From NCBI GenBank assembly GCA_963514005.1, contig OY740785.1, forward strand, positions 49,538,001 to 49,602,000: 64,000 bases of DNA, written 5' to 3'. The DNA comes from Raja brachyura. Its lineage: Eukaryota. Positions 24,198-36,430 of this stretch are shown piece after piece. A model generated the notes under the pieces. It had not been told where the DNA came from, made no database searches, and saw only the letters and a list, made by a program, of their open reading frames with translations. The stretch's first letter is position 1. Each line of letters begins with the position of its first letter. Position numbers and translations under genes: made by a program.

Positions 24198-26117
24198 GTG
24201 GGCCTGGTTCTCATGGAAACATATTATGTGTTACACAGCCAAAAATTGGGGGTAGATTACATCTATTCTATGAAGAATGGAAGCAACTTACTTCAGATCT
24301 GTTTATTAGGAGTGTTATTTAAGGGTTTTGGATTGAGTTCGATCCAAACGGTAATTTGCCTCTCCAACAGGTTCCTAGCAGAAAACTCAATTTTTCACAA
24401 ACAGAAGTAATGGAGGTTCAGGCGGAACTTGAAAATTTGTGTAACAAAGGGGTAATTGAGAGGACGGTTCATCAAGTCCGTCAATTTGTGTCAAATATAT
24501 TTCTCCATCCTAAAAAGGATGGAGGATGCAGAATTATTTTGGATCTAACTAATTTAAATCCATTTGTACTCTATAGACACTTCAAAATGGAAACATTTGC
24601 TACCGCCTAACTACTGATTTACAGAGGTTGTTATATGGCAACCATAGATCTGAAAGATGCGTACTACTCAGTGCCTGGTCATTTTGAGCATAGAAAGTAT
24701 TTTACATTTTCTTGGATGAATCAATTATGGCAATTCAAGACACTGTCTAATGGGTTAACTTCAGCTCCTAGAGTATTCGCTAAATCGTTAAAACCAGTTC
24801 TGGGGCTACTTAGAGCCCAGGGCCATGTGATTATGGCCTATCTGGGTGATATCTTAATTATCGGACAAACAAGTGAGTTAGCTGAAACATCTGTGGCAAT
24901 TGTTAAATTCACACTTGAAAAACTAGGGTTTGTCATTCATTTAGGGAAGTCTAAATTGACACCACTTACCACAATTAATTATTTGGGTTTCACAATTGAT
25001 TCACTCAAAATGGTAGTTACTCTGCCCAGGGAAATAAGAGTGAAGCTCATTGATGGTTGCAATAAACTTTTAAATGAGCAACAACCTTCAATCAGAGAAG
25101 TGGCCAGGCTGCTTGGGAAATTAGTGGCAGTGTTCCCAGCAGTTCAATTTGGGCCTTTGCACTACCAGCAATTACAGAGGGCAAAGGAACAGGCACTCAG
25201 GATACATTCGGGTCATTATGATAGGCCCATGCAATTATCAGCAGACGCAGTTACTGATCTCCAGTGGTGGATTCAACATGTCTCCAATAGTTTCAGCACA
25301 GTGGTGCTAGAACAACCGCCCATGGTCTTACAGACTGATGTCAGTGCACTTGGGTGGGGTACCACAGATACGAGCTCAAGCTGTGGGGGCAGATGGAGTA
25401 TGGAAGAAATCTTGCTTCTGCAGACATGGGGAATTAACCATTTAGAGTTTCTAGGGGGCATTTTATGGGCTCAAGGCTTATTGCTCTAACATGAGTAGTC
25501 TGCATGTTCAAATTGATAACTCTATGGCAGTAACTTATGTCAATCACATGGGTGGTATCAAGTCACTATCTTGTGACAAACTGGCTAACCAAATCTGGAC
25601 CTGGTGTATTGATAAGAACATTTGGCTTTCAGCTATTTAACTACCAGGTAGATTCAATATAGTAGCAGACACCAGGGCATGGAACATCCATGACAACATA
25701 GAGTGGATGTTGAATCGGGAAGTATTCAATGATATCATTGTCAAATATGGAAGGCCAGATGTCAACTTGTTAGCATCCAGACAAAACCACCAGCTACCCA
25801 AATATGTGTCATGGGAACCAGATTCTGGCACAATAGCAAATGACGCTTTCCCTCTGCATTGGAGTGGTATGTTTCCATATGCATTTCCACCAATTTGTCT
25901 CATAAATCGATGTCTGCTTAAAATCGAGCAGGATGATGCTTCAGGGGTGCTGGTGATACCAGACTGGCCTGCCCAGCAATGGTCCCCTTTGATATTGCAG
26001 TTGATGACACAACCCCTGATGGCTGTTCCCAAACAAAGGGATTTACTGGTGCATCCGGTAACTGGCGAATGCCATCCATTGTATAACCGTATTGATTTGT
26101 TAATTTGCAGATTTTAA
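24140..26117 (+). pseudogene. DIRS pol: reverse transcriptase, RNase H and adenine methyltransferase-like domain
   Basis: GGRLHLF..W; PKKDGGCRIILDL; IDLKDAYYS; GLTSAPRVF; YLGD (expected YLDD); RNase H LQTDVSALGWG, INHLE, VQIDN; MT-like DVNLLASRQNHQL, YAFPP, LVIPDWPAQQW; in-frame stops at ~24320 and ~24608. Confidence 0.93.
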
Positions 26118-27076
26118 GAAGGCCATATCTGCAGCGCGGATTGTCTGGTCAAACTGTGGACATGCTCACTGCAGCCTGGAGAATGAGTACTCAAAAGCAG
26201 TATATCACTTATGTAAAAAAATGGGAAGTTTACTGTGTATATTGACTATTGTACAGCAGGTATCTCGCATGTTCTAGAGTTCCTGTCAACCCTCTACTAT
26301 GAAGAAGGGCTGAGTTATAGTGCAATCAATACCGCTAGAAGTGCTTTGTCATCGTATTTAGTAATGAGGTCAGACAAACATCCTATTGGGTCTCACCCTC
26401 TCGTTGTTCAATTAATGAAAGGGATTTTTAATTCCTGACCCCCTAAACCTAGATATATGGCAATTTGGGATGTAAGCATGGTCCTCAGACTACTGCGTGA
26501 GTGGGTCCCTGTCTCATCCCTGCCTTTGGCCAAAATCACCATGAAGGTGGCCATGCTCATGGCATTGGTATCAGCACAGCGAGTACAGACAATACAAAAA
26601 CTACAGCTAGATAGCATGGAAATAGTTGCAGATAATGTTACATTCTACATTTATGACCTCCTCAAACAAAGCAGGCCAGATGTGACAAGGTTCAAAATAG
26701 TGTTTTCAGCATATCTCACGGATCCATCCCTATACATAAAAACACATTTGATGCAATACATTGCAGCTACAGAGGCCTTGCGTAACATGGAGACAGGATT
26801 CTTTATCAGTTACAAAAAGCCACATAAGAGAGTGTCAGCTCATACTATTTCACGATGGTTGAAACAAGTCTTGATTGATGCAGGTATTAACACTGATGTG
26901 TTCACATCTCATTCTACCTGGGCAGCAGCTACGTCGGGGCCAAGGCGAAGGACGTGCCCTTCGACCATATTTTGACGGCTGCCGGGTGGGCAAATGAGCT
27001 GATGGTTTGAACTTTCTATCATCGGCCGATTGCCGATCCAGGGCTGTTTGCCAATGCTATTTTGAGTTCTGTTTAA
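26090..27076 (+). pseudogene. DIRS tyrosine recombinase (YR)
   Basis: AWRMSTQKQY, LSYSAINTARSALS, LMALVSAQRV, ISRWLK, HSTWAAATS (HxxR Arg changed to Trp), AAGW, FYHRP. Confidence 0.92.
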
Positions 27077-27250
27077 AGTTCCCCATGGGATAGAGGGGTA
27101 CTGTTTGTTTTTTGGTTATTTTAAATAAAACTTTGTCACTGCATTTAAATGCAATGTCAACACTAATGCATTATTTCTCATCCAAGTCAATCAATGCAGT
27201 GAGAAGCCGGGATTTGAAATCTGCGGCACAAAATCACAAAGCTTTGAACC

Positions 27251-27361
27251 CTTCACGGAATCACTCGCGTGACTCCGAAGTAAAATAGTAAGATTAAATG
27301 AGAACTTACCAGTTTGAAGTTTGATCTTGATTTTATGAGGAGTTACATTGGTGATTACGTG
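27251..27361. repeat. DIRS copy 1 internal complementary region (ICR)
   Basis: 27251-27285 is the reverse complement of the left end (2 mismatches); 27286-27361 is the reverse complement of the right extension 27506-27581 (3 mismatches). Confidence 0.95.
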
Positions 27362-28844
27362 CCCTCCACGCCCAACCCTCTCTCATAAAGGTCATCTGGT
27401 AGTTCTCGAGTCACTCATCTTACTATGTCACTTCGGTATTTGGTTGTTTGTGATTTCATACCGCTGCTTTGAAGATTGACCCACATGCACACTGGCGGGG
27501 TTGTTCACGTAATCACCAACGTAACTCCTCATAAAATCACGATCAAACTTCAAACTGGTAAGTTCTCGTTTAATCTTACTAATTATTCATAGTCATAGTC
27601 ATAGAGTGATACAGCATGGAAACAGGCCCTTCAGCCCTACTTGTTCCAGGTACACTAGTCCCACCTGCTAAGCATGCAGCCTTGAGGTGCACATATCTTG
27701 ATGATCAATGAGGGGAAGGTGTCGTTACTAATCCACTCTGGTTGAGATCTGCTGATGTTGAAGTTGAGTTGCAAAAACTCAAGCCTTGGAACTTTTGTGA
27801 TGAGTTTGGAGGGGATAATTATGTTGATTGCCAAGTGTAGTTGATGAACGTACATGTTCCTGTTCTCCAAATAGTCCAGAGCAGGGTGGAGAGCGAATGA
27901 GTTAGCATCTGCTGTTCACCTGTTGTGACATTGGACAAATTTAAAGTGGTTCCAGGTTTGTTATTGATTCACACCATAACAAACCTCTCAAAGCATTTCA
28001 TTACAGTGGGTGTATGTGCTAGCAGATGGTAGGATCTTGTACAAGCTTGCCACTAGTTCTTAAAATTATTACAGGAGACACCTCAGAAAACAGCCATCAT
28101 ATAGCTTGAAAAATATAAGTTGTTATAAATCAGAAGGAGAAATTCTCGGAAGTGGGATCAACTGGTAAGAAAATTTACTGAGAATCCCTGTCCCATTACA
28201 ATTTGAAAGAGACATTCTCTGAAACTCAGCTCAGAACACTAGATAGTTGTATCGAAACAATTCGATTTTCATAGCCCGATTGCCAAAATTTGCTTAGTTG
28301 CCTACTGTTTTTGCTTAATTATGGGACAGGGTGGCATGGGAGGAGGCCATTAAGCCCATTGGATCTATACCAGCTCCCAGCAGAACTACTCCATCAATCC
28401 CATTCCCTTTCTCTTGTCGCCTGCAACTCATTCTCTCTCACCTGTGCACCAAGTGCTCTTTGGTTCTGCTGTAATTAACACCAGGGGATCATTTACAATA
28501 GCCAGTTAACCTGCCAGCATATCTTTGGGATTAGGAGTATATATGGCATCATGTTCAGGGCAAACATTGTGGGCCAATGAACCTGTTCCTGTGCTGTACT
28601 CTATTTATGGTCCAAGTTGCGATTCAACAGCACAAACTACTGCACACACTAATTGAGTCAATGTGTTGCACTATCTTGTGAAAAATCCAGACGGTTGGAA
28701 GTAGCATTAACTAGATGAGGCTGAAAATAAAAACTGCAGCCCATAGAACATCGAACATAGAGCAGAACAACACAGGTACAGGCCTTTTGTCCTACAACAC
28801 TCATGCACGTTATGATGCCAAGCCCACTCGTGCACTTAGATGCA

Positions 28845-29030
28845 CACTTCAGTTCAGTTTATTGTCACGTGTACCGAGGTACAGTGAAAAGCTTTTGTTG
28901 CGTGCTATCCAGTCAGCAGAAAGACAATACATGATTACAATCGAGCAGTTACAGTGTATAGATACATGATAAAGAAATTACGTTTAGTGCAAGGTAAAGC
29001 AGGAAAGTCCGACCAAGGATTGTCCGAGGA
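28845..29030 (-). mobile_element. LINE/SINE 3' tail fragment (Rex/L2-type tail)
   Basis: ttcagtttattgtcacgtgtaccgaggtacagtgaaaagcttttgttgcgtgcta also occurs at 49490-49545. Confidence 0.7.
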
Positions 29031-30683
29031 GCACTGTATTTGTGGCTGACACTTACCCTGCAAATAAAAGTTTGACAAAATCTTCAGCATAATGAATCTT
29101 ACATCATGTTCTAAACTGGTGTGAACTCATTATAATTTTCTAATTTATCACTTAAATGCAACTCAATTCCAAATTCTTTCAATGGGAATGTGGTCAAGTT
29201 CCCTATATAAACAGGTGCGATGCACTATTGCAATCTTTCGTTTCGGTGCAATTTCAAACAAAAGATATGCCTCCTGCTGGCTTGTACTTTCATTCCATTG
29301 TTTGGAGCGATTTGCAGAGTGTGCAGGGCCGACTGTGATGGAGCACCAGTTTCCCTTCCTGCATGATGACATGCCTCTCCATTTTTCTATTCAGCTGTCC
29401 TCTTCAGTGCCACAGTTCTAGAGTTACGGAACAGTTTCTAACTTGGAGCCATCAAGACAGTGGCGCATGGTTTATAATTTATGAGGGCACCCATTGAGCT
29501 GTCACTTTCCAAGCAGGTGCTGAGAAACTGGCCAGCAGCCAAAGCAAGAAAGAGGATTCTGAGCTCATCACTCAATACTTTAAGATGATGGCTGACATTT
29601 TCCATCAATAATGATTCCCCTTTCTCATAAAAAATATATACAATATATTTTTTCAAACAGCCCTTACATCATAAATAGAATGGTGTAACAACATGCTTAG
29701 GTATTGGTGGCCCAGGGACTTTGTCAAAAGGTTATTGTCAGCTGAGGTTAGTGCAATAGCCATAAATAACTGTATGGACGAGCTACGTAATTGAACCACA
29801 GTTCTTATTTTCTCCTCCTATTTTCATCCATATATAGCCTTAAAAATTGAGTAGCACCGTTCATCTGCACGGGCAATGCTTAGCCAATCAAACTGTTACA
29901 AATTCTTTACTTTGCTTAATAAATGTGATTAGAAATGACATTTATAGCTTGGAAATGAATAGTATTGAGAATCTACAGTAATTATTGATCTGACCAATTA
30001 TATTCACTCATTTGATTTTAAATGTAATTCATAATTTAAATATATTCATAATGTGCCATTTGAATAAGAAAAATAAGTACATAATGTTAGGGTTTAACAT
30101 TGTTGTTGGTTTGATTAGTGGATGACCAATTATCAGACCAACTATTGTCTTTTTTCCAGCACGTGAAAGCTACGGGTTATTGATTGCGGGCGATCAGCCA
30201 TGATCACAATGAATGGCGGTGCTGGCTCAAAGGGCCAAATGGCCTCATCCTGCACCTATTTTCTATGTTGCTATATTTATTTTAAGGATCAAAATGTTTG
30301 TTATTGAAACATTCACTATTACTATTCTCCAGGGAGCAATCCCAAAAAAGTTTCAGCATGATACAAATTATAAAAGTACATGCAATGCACTCGATTTAGG
30401 AACAGCAAAGCAGGATGTATTTTCAATGGTATAAATAGGCTGCTTGAATGCAGACCATACAGAGAACAATGTTCTTGTTATCAAATGTTGTCAACATTAT
30501 CAGGTTATTTGTGCAGTCACACTACTGAGTTAAATGGCCGTGTTGATTGCAGATCACGAGTAGCAGACACACTGTAACACATTTATTTGTGCTAAACTAG
30601 GGCATGATTTGTTTGTCGCAATGTTGAAATGCGTAATTCATCCCGTTGCATTAATGCCACTGGTACTTTCATGTCTATGTTGC

Positions 30684-31270
30684 AAATATGGATGGCGCCG
30701 TGCAATGGCAGCCTCGCCAACAGTCCGTCTCATCCTTTTCTTCTTTTGTTGTTTTTAGTCTGTTGTTAAATGTATGTTTTAGTGTATCTTTAGATTGCAT
30801 TATGTGGGGGGGGATGGGGGAAACATTTATTTTATCTCTTTCCTCGATGGAGATGCGATTTATTTCCGCATCGAATCTCCGTCCGCGCAGTCCCTTGGTT
30901 AGGGACTGAGTTTCGGAGCTCCAAGCCACAGGAGCTTTGATCGTCCCAATCACGGGAGCTTCGATGGCCCTGACGTGGGAGCTTCGATTGCCCCAATCAC
31001 AGGAACTTCGATCGCCGGCTGCGGGAGTTTCAATCGCCCCGACTGTGGATGGTTCGACTGTCCCTTACTCGGGAGAATAAAGAGGAAAGAAGGTAAGACT
31101 TTATTGCCTTCCATCAGCGTTAGGATCGTGGGGGAGCCGCTGTGATGGATGTTTATGTTAATTTTTATGGAGTTGTTTGTCTTGTGCTTTTTTGGTATGA
31201 CTGTCTGGCAAATCAAATTCCTTGTATATTTTTACATACTTGGCTAATGAATTAATTACAATTACAATTA
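30684..31270 (+). mobile_element. Non-autonomous retroposon with GC-rich head, internal ~20-22 bp tandem units and LINE-type tail
   Basis: Starts gatggcgccgtgcaatggcagcc; 5-6 units like gggagcttcgatcgccc at 30910-31065; tail tacttggctaatgaattaattacaattaca; related antisense copy at 37330-37905. Confidence 0.7.
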
Positions 31271-31439
31271 TTCTGTTATTGTGATTCTTACAGTTATTCA
31301 TCAGTATCACAGCGATGCTTGTGACACTGTTAACTGTACACACAATAGGCTTTTCCACAGAGCAGAGGATTCTAAACTGAGCATAGGCTTAAGGTGAGGG
31401 GGGGGGGGGGAATTAAAAAGGACCTGACGGCAGCATTGC

Positions 31440-32530
31440 TGTGCCGAACATGATGCCAAGTTACACTAATCTCCTCTGCCTATGTGTGATTCATATCTCT
31501 CCATTCCTTGCATATGCATGTGTCTATTAAAAAGCCTCTTAAATGCCACTATTAAATCTGTGTACGACCACTTCTAGTAACGTGTTCAGGCACCAACCAC
31601 TCTCTGTGTACAAAACCTGCTCTGCACATTGCCTTCTCTCTCTCTCTTTCCACCTCTCTCCTTAAATCTATGCCCTCTAGTGTTTGACATTTCTGTCTGC
31701 CTATTATGCCTCTAGCATTTTGCCTCTAGGATCTATGCCTCCAATATTTTATATGCTTCTATCCTCTTCCTCATCTTCTGACGGTCCAGAGAAAATAATC
31801 CAAGTTTGTTCAACCTTCCCTTGTAGCTGATGCCCTCTGGCAGTCATGGTGGCGCAGCGGTAGAGTTGCTGCCCTACAGCAAATGCAGCGCTGGAGACCT
31901 GGGTTCGATCCCGACTACGGATGCTGTTTGTACGGAGTTTCTCCCCATGACCTGCGTGGCTTATCTCCGAGATCTTCGGTTTCCTCCCACACTCCAAAGA
32001 TGTACAGGTTTGTAGGTTAATTGACTTGGTAAATGCAAAAATTGTCCCTAGTGTGTGTAGGATAGTGTTAATGTGCGAACCTGGTTGGCCAAAGAACCTA
32101 TTTCCGCTCTAAATCTTAGTTTAGAGAAACTAAATCCAGGCAGCATTCTGCATCATCTACAAAGCCTTCATATTCTTCCTGTATCTGGGTGACCAGGCTA
32201 CACACAATGCTCCAAATGCGGTCTAACCAAAGTTTTAGAAATCTACATTGTGATTTCCTTACTTGATTGATTAATTTCCTGACCAAACATATCACATGCC
32301 TTCTTTACCACTCTACTACTTGTGTCACCATGTTCAAGGAGCTATGGACCTGGACTCCAAGATCCTTCTGTACAGCAATGTTGTTAAGGTCTTGCCATTA
32401 ACTGTGCACATTCCTCTTCCATTCAACCACAAAAGGTGCTCACCTCATATTTACTCTGTAAACTCCATCTGCCAATCCTCCACCCATATCTGTAACAGAT
32501 CTATATCCACTGACCATTTTCCTCACTGTT
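31440..32530 (-). mobile_element. Old CR1 fragment interrupted by a + strand V-SINE (31838-32130)
   Basis: caccactctctgtgta, aataatccaagtttgttcaacc, cacaatgctccaaatgcggtctaaccaa are CR1 antisense motifs; SINE head ggtggcgcagcggtagagttgctgcc..gggttcgatccc. Confidence 0.75.
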
Positions 32531-32574
32531 GACAACTCCAGTAATTTTGTAAAATGGCAATGCAATGAAGACAG

Positions 32575-32750
32575 AAGGAACTGCAGATGGTGGTTTACAA
32601 AAAAAAGATACAAAGCGCTGGAGTAACTCAGCTGGCCAGCCAGCATCTCTGGAGAACATACAGGAAAGAAGGGTCCCTACCCAAAACATCACCTATTCCT
32701 GTTCTCCACAGTTGCTGCCTGACCCGCTGAGTTACTCCAGCACTTTTTCC
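32575..32750. mobile_element. Penelope pLTR-derived palindromic short element
   Basis: gaaggaactgcagatg..gctggagtaactcagc..gcatctctggagaaca / tgttctccacagttgctgcctgacccgctgagttactccagc. Confidence 0.75.
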
Positions 32751-33302
32751 ATTCAACTAATGATCTGGGAACAGAGGTGTAGTTGGGCCAGAGTACACGT
32801 GAGATAGGAATCTTAAAATTATTGACATACGTTGTGTGTTGCTGCCATGAAAAGTATTTTCTAATTGTCCTTAAAAAGGTAGTGACGACCCAGCTTCTTG
32901 AATCTCCACAGTCCACATAGTGAATTTCCTTCTATTATGTTCTAATGTAAACCAGCATCTGCAGTTCCTTGTATCTACATCGCATTTCTATAATGTTTCT
33001 GTTACAAGTACACTATTTAAATTCATAGACTCATAGAGTCTTACTGCATGGAAACCGAAACGACGGCCCAACTTGCCCACACTGACCAACATGTCCCTCT
33101 ACACTAGTCCCACTTGCCTGCATTTGGCCCTCATTCCTCTAAACCTATCCTATCCATGTACCTGTCTAAATATTTCTTAAACATAACAATAGTATTTGCC
33201 TCAACTACCCCTCCCCACCCCCCCGCTGACCCAAAACATCAGCTGTGATTTCCCTTCCACAGGTGCTGCCTGACCCACTGAGTTATTCCAGCAATTTGGG
33301 TT

Positions 33303-33740
33303 TTGTTCATAAGACTACAAAAAGTAGTAAACACTGCCCGGTCCATCATCAGTTCTGATCTTCCTTCCATCGAGAGGATCTATCACAGTCGTTGCCTCAA
33401 AAAGTCTGGCAGCATCATCAAGGACCCACACCACCCTGGCCACACACTCATCTCCCTGCTACCTTCGGGTAGAAGGTACAGGAGACTGAGGACTGCAACA
33501 ACCAGGTTCAGGAATAGTTACTTCCCTACAGCCATCAGGCTATTAAACTTGGCTCGGACAAAACTCTGAACATTAGTACACCTCCATCTGTTATTTGCAC
33601 TTTATTGATTTCTTCATTCATGTGTGTATTTACGTATATAATTGTAGTCAATGCCTACTATGTTCTGTTGTGCTATGCAAATAAAGAATTTCATTGTCCT
33701 GTCAGGGACACATGACAATAAACTCTTTTGACTTGACTTT
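33303..33740 (+). mobile_element. Rex1/Babar-type LINE 3' end
   Basis: RLQKVVNTARSII..IIKDPHHPGHTLISLLPSGRRYRRLRTATTRFRNSYFPTAIRLLN; tail aagaatttcattgt..catgacaataaa..(gactt)n. Confidence 0.88.
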
Positions 33741-34261
33741 ATTGAAGGATGGTCACCATATCTATTCAGCAGATTGAGCTGAGAATGGTTGATCTTTTGT
33801 TTTGGGTTCTTCACAAATGAAGCTGGATATGTTCATGGAGAGAAACCACCCATATCTCTCTAGATGCACGAGTAGATGTTAAATTTATGTTTTGGGTTCT
33901 TCAGTCTAGCCCAAAACTTCACCTACCTATGTTCTCCAGCGATACCACCTGGTCAGCTGAGATACTCCAATGCTTTGTGTCCTTTTGTGTAAACCTGTAT
34001 CTACAGTTCTTGTATCTACTGCTATATAGCAGGTCGTCGCCTTAATATCAGTCTGGAGGCGCATATTGGCCTGACAGTTACTGACTGTCCAATGGAATGG
34101 TCTCAACCCAAAATGTGACCTGTCCATTTCCCTCCATAAATGCTGCCTGGCCCCCTGAGTTCCTTCATCAGCTTGTTTCTTTGCTCCAGATTCCAGCATC
34201 TGCAGACTCCTATGCCTCCAGTTAATCCATATTTCTGTTTCTAAAGAACATTAACAAATCA

Positions 34262-34450
34262 GAGGTAGACGCAAAATGTTGGAGTAACTCAGCGGGACAG
34301 GCAGCATCTCTGGAGAGAAGGAACGGGTGACGTTTTGGGTTGAGACGCTTCTTCACCCGAAACGTCACCCATTCTTTCTCTCCAGAGATGATGCCCGTCC
34401 CGCTGAGTTACTCCAGCATTTTTGTTTCTCCCTTTGATTTAAACAAACCT
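34262..34450. mobile_element. Penelope pLTR-derived palindromic short element
   Basis: aaaatgttggagtaactcagcgggacaggcagcatctctggagagaagg / tttctctccagagatgatgcccgtcccgctgagttactccagcatttt. Confidence 0.85.
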
Positions 34451-35001
34451 GCAGATAGGAGCAGAATTAGGCCATTTGGCCCATCAAGTCTACTCCGCCA
34501 TTCAATCATGGCTAATCCATCTCTCCCTCTTAACCCCATTCTCCTGCCTTCTCCCCATAACCTCTGACACCTGTACTAATCAAGAATCTATCTCTCTCTG
34601 ACTTAGAAAATATCTACTGACGGCCTACACAGCCTTCTATGGCTGTGTTTTCTATTGATGTAAAATGTACAACAGTGCAGCATAGGAACAGGTCTCAGCC
34701 TAAGATGTCCGTGACGACCATGATGCCCATCTAAAGTAATCCCATCCGCCCGTACATCAGCTCCATCCCTCCATCCCCTGCCTGTTCTTGTGCCTGTCCA
34801 AATGCCTCTTAAATCTTGCCATCGCACCAATGCTTTTTTGTAGAGAAGTCCACATTATATAATTGATTGAACTGAAATTTCCCATTTGCTGTGGTGTGTT
34901 TAGAATAACAGATATTTATACCTCTGAACCATTCTGTACCATTTTCTTGTTTAACCCAATTCTAATGGTGAGGTAAAAATATTGGTTAATCTTGTTAGAA
35001 G

Positions 35002-35057
35002 ATTAAACAGTAAGGAGATATACATATGAGACTATTAAACAGTAAGGAGATATACAT
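35002..35057 (+). repeat. 24-bp exact direct repeat with 8-bp spacer
   Basis: attaaacagtaaggagatatacat at 35002-35025 and 35034-35057. Confidence 0.9.
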
Positions 35058-35889
35058 TAAGAAGGAAAAGGTGGATAGCAGGATATTATATAATTTAAAT
35101 TATACTCGTGGACATTTGGAACAGGGCAGATACTGCAGAAACGTAGCTGGCTTCAATGTCAAACCCTTTGCTATCTGACACTGGTAGAGATCAACTTACA
35201 TTATCCAAAATCCGAGTGCTTGTACACACCAGCATGGTTTGATCATCTCAGAGTTGAGGGCTTCACACTGGCTGTTCCGCATCTCTTGAGGAAGCCAAAT
35301 GATAATACGTTCAATAGAGACCAAAACGAGCCTGACAGAAGGCTCAGGAAATGTCATGTATGCTCTTGAGCATTCAAACTATGATCTCAGTGGTCATGCC
35401 AGAAAGGAATATTTGCACAGCATTATAACCATACGATGGCACTGCTACAATCTTCAAAGATGTGTAATGGATAGCAGGGATGACAGCAAGGTCCACTGCT
35501 TTCAGCTGCAGAACTATCTCTACAATGCAGAGCATGTAGATGTGACTGACAGTTAGAAACTTCTGCATTTAGCCCACAGCACATAAAGCCACCTAACACA
35601 TAACTCCGCAAATACATTAAGAAACGGTGTTCCAAGGCTATATATCTTGGTAAGCTGAACATTAATAAGAAGGTCTGGTCCCTGGCAGAATTTCCTGGTG
35701 AGCCTGACTTCCCTGAGTTTAGTCCTTCTAATTCAACAATACAAATAAGGATTACAAATCCAATCAAAAGTGTTAAAACATTTTGCTTCTCTTTTTATAC
35801 CAGGGAAATTTCATAAATTATAAATAATCTTGAAGAAGATTTGCTGAAATAGGGCCTTGAATTTTTGGACTAACTCGCAAAAATAACAT

Positions 35890-36430
35890 TCCCAAACATA
35901 ACTTCAAGTAACCCTTGCTTTCCCTCTCTCTCCAACCCCTCCTCTTCCTAGTTCTACAACCAGTCTTATTGTATCCAACTAGAGTCTGAAGAAGGGTCTC
36001 GACCCGAAACGTCGCCTATCTCCTTCGCTCCTTAGATGCTGCTGCACCTGCTGAGTTTCTCCAGCTTTTTGTGTAACCCTCCATTCTCCAGCATCTGCAG
36101 TTCCTTCTTTAATACATTTTATCACTGTTTGCTTTGTTGTTACCTTCTCCCAAATAACATTGATCTATTATACATTTTCCTTGATCTCCGTTCCCTTTGC
36201 CCAGTTTTCACACCTTACACTTCCTTATCTATACACATTTCCTTATCTATTTACCTCCCACTCCCCTGACAGTCTGAAGAAGGGTCTCGGCCCAAAACAT
36301 GATCCATTCCATCTCTCCAGAGATGCTGCCTGTCCCACTGAGTTACTACAGCATTTTGTGACTATCTTCGATTTACACCAGCATCTACAGTTCCTTTCCT
36401 ACACATTTTGTCTGTAGTTCCTTCCCACAC
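35890..36430 (+). mobile_element. Penelope-like 3' end/pLTR remnants, one nested in another
   Basis: caagtaacccttgctttccctctctc 3' UTR and two pLTR cores (35983-36110, 36270-36405). Confidence 0.75.
35983..36017 (+). ncRNA. Candidate minimal type I hammerhead ribozyme core (Penelope-associated)
   Basis: CUGAAGA-A-GGGU(CUCG)ACCC-GAAA-C-GUC: both conserved boxes, a stem II hairpin and a GUC triplet; stem I is weak in this copy. Confidence 0.55.

Larger units (their letters stand above)
22156..27581 (+). mobile_element. Full-length DIRS-type tyrosine-recombinase retrotransposon, copy 1 (decayed)
   Basis: gag / RT-RNaseH-MT / YR order; left end ttttacttcggagtcacgtgagtg; right ITR ~27478-27509 inverted to ~22188-22216; ICR 27251-27361 complementary to both ends; no classical TSD. 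Confidence 0.96.

Noticed and set aside
23861-24322. Apparent in-frame gag-pol fusion in DIRS copy 1
   Set aside because: The ORF starts inside the CR1 insert and the copy has other frameshifts; a plausible gag stop (24195-24197) and pol ATG (24140) exist, so a copy-specific indel is the simpler explanation.
25690-27076. Methyltransferase plus integrase as a phage or bacterial transfer
   Set aside because: Both are standard DIRS domains, here next to RT/RNase H and inside ITR/ICR termini.
35012-35028. aaggagatatacatatg, identical to the T7 gene 10/pET ribosome-binding site plus NdeI site; possible vector contamination
   Set aside because: No upstream tttgtttaactttaag, T7 promoter or lac operator; the ORF is only 21 codons; it lies in a local 24-bp duplication. 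Treated as coincidence.
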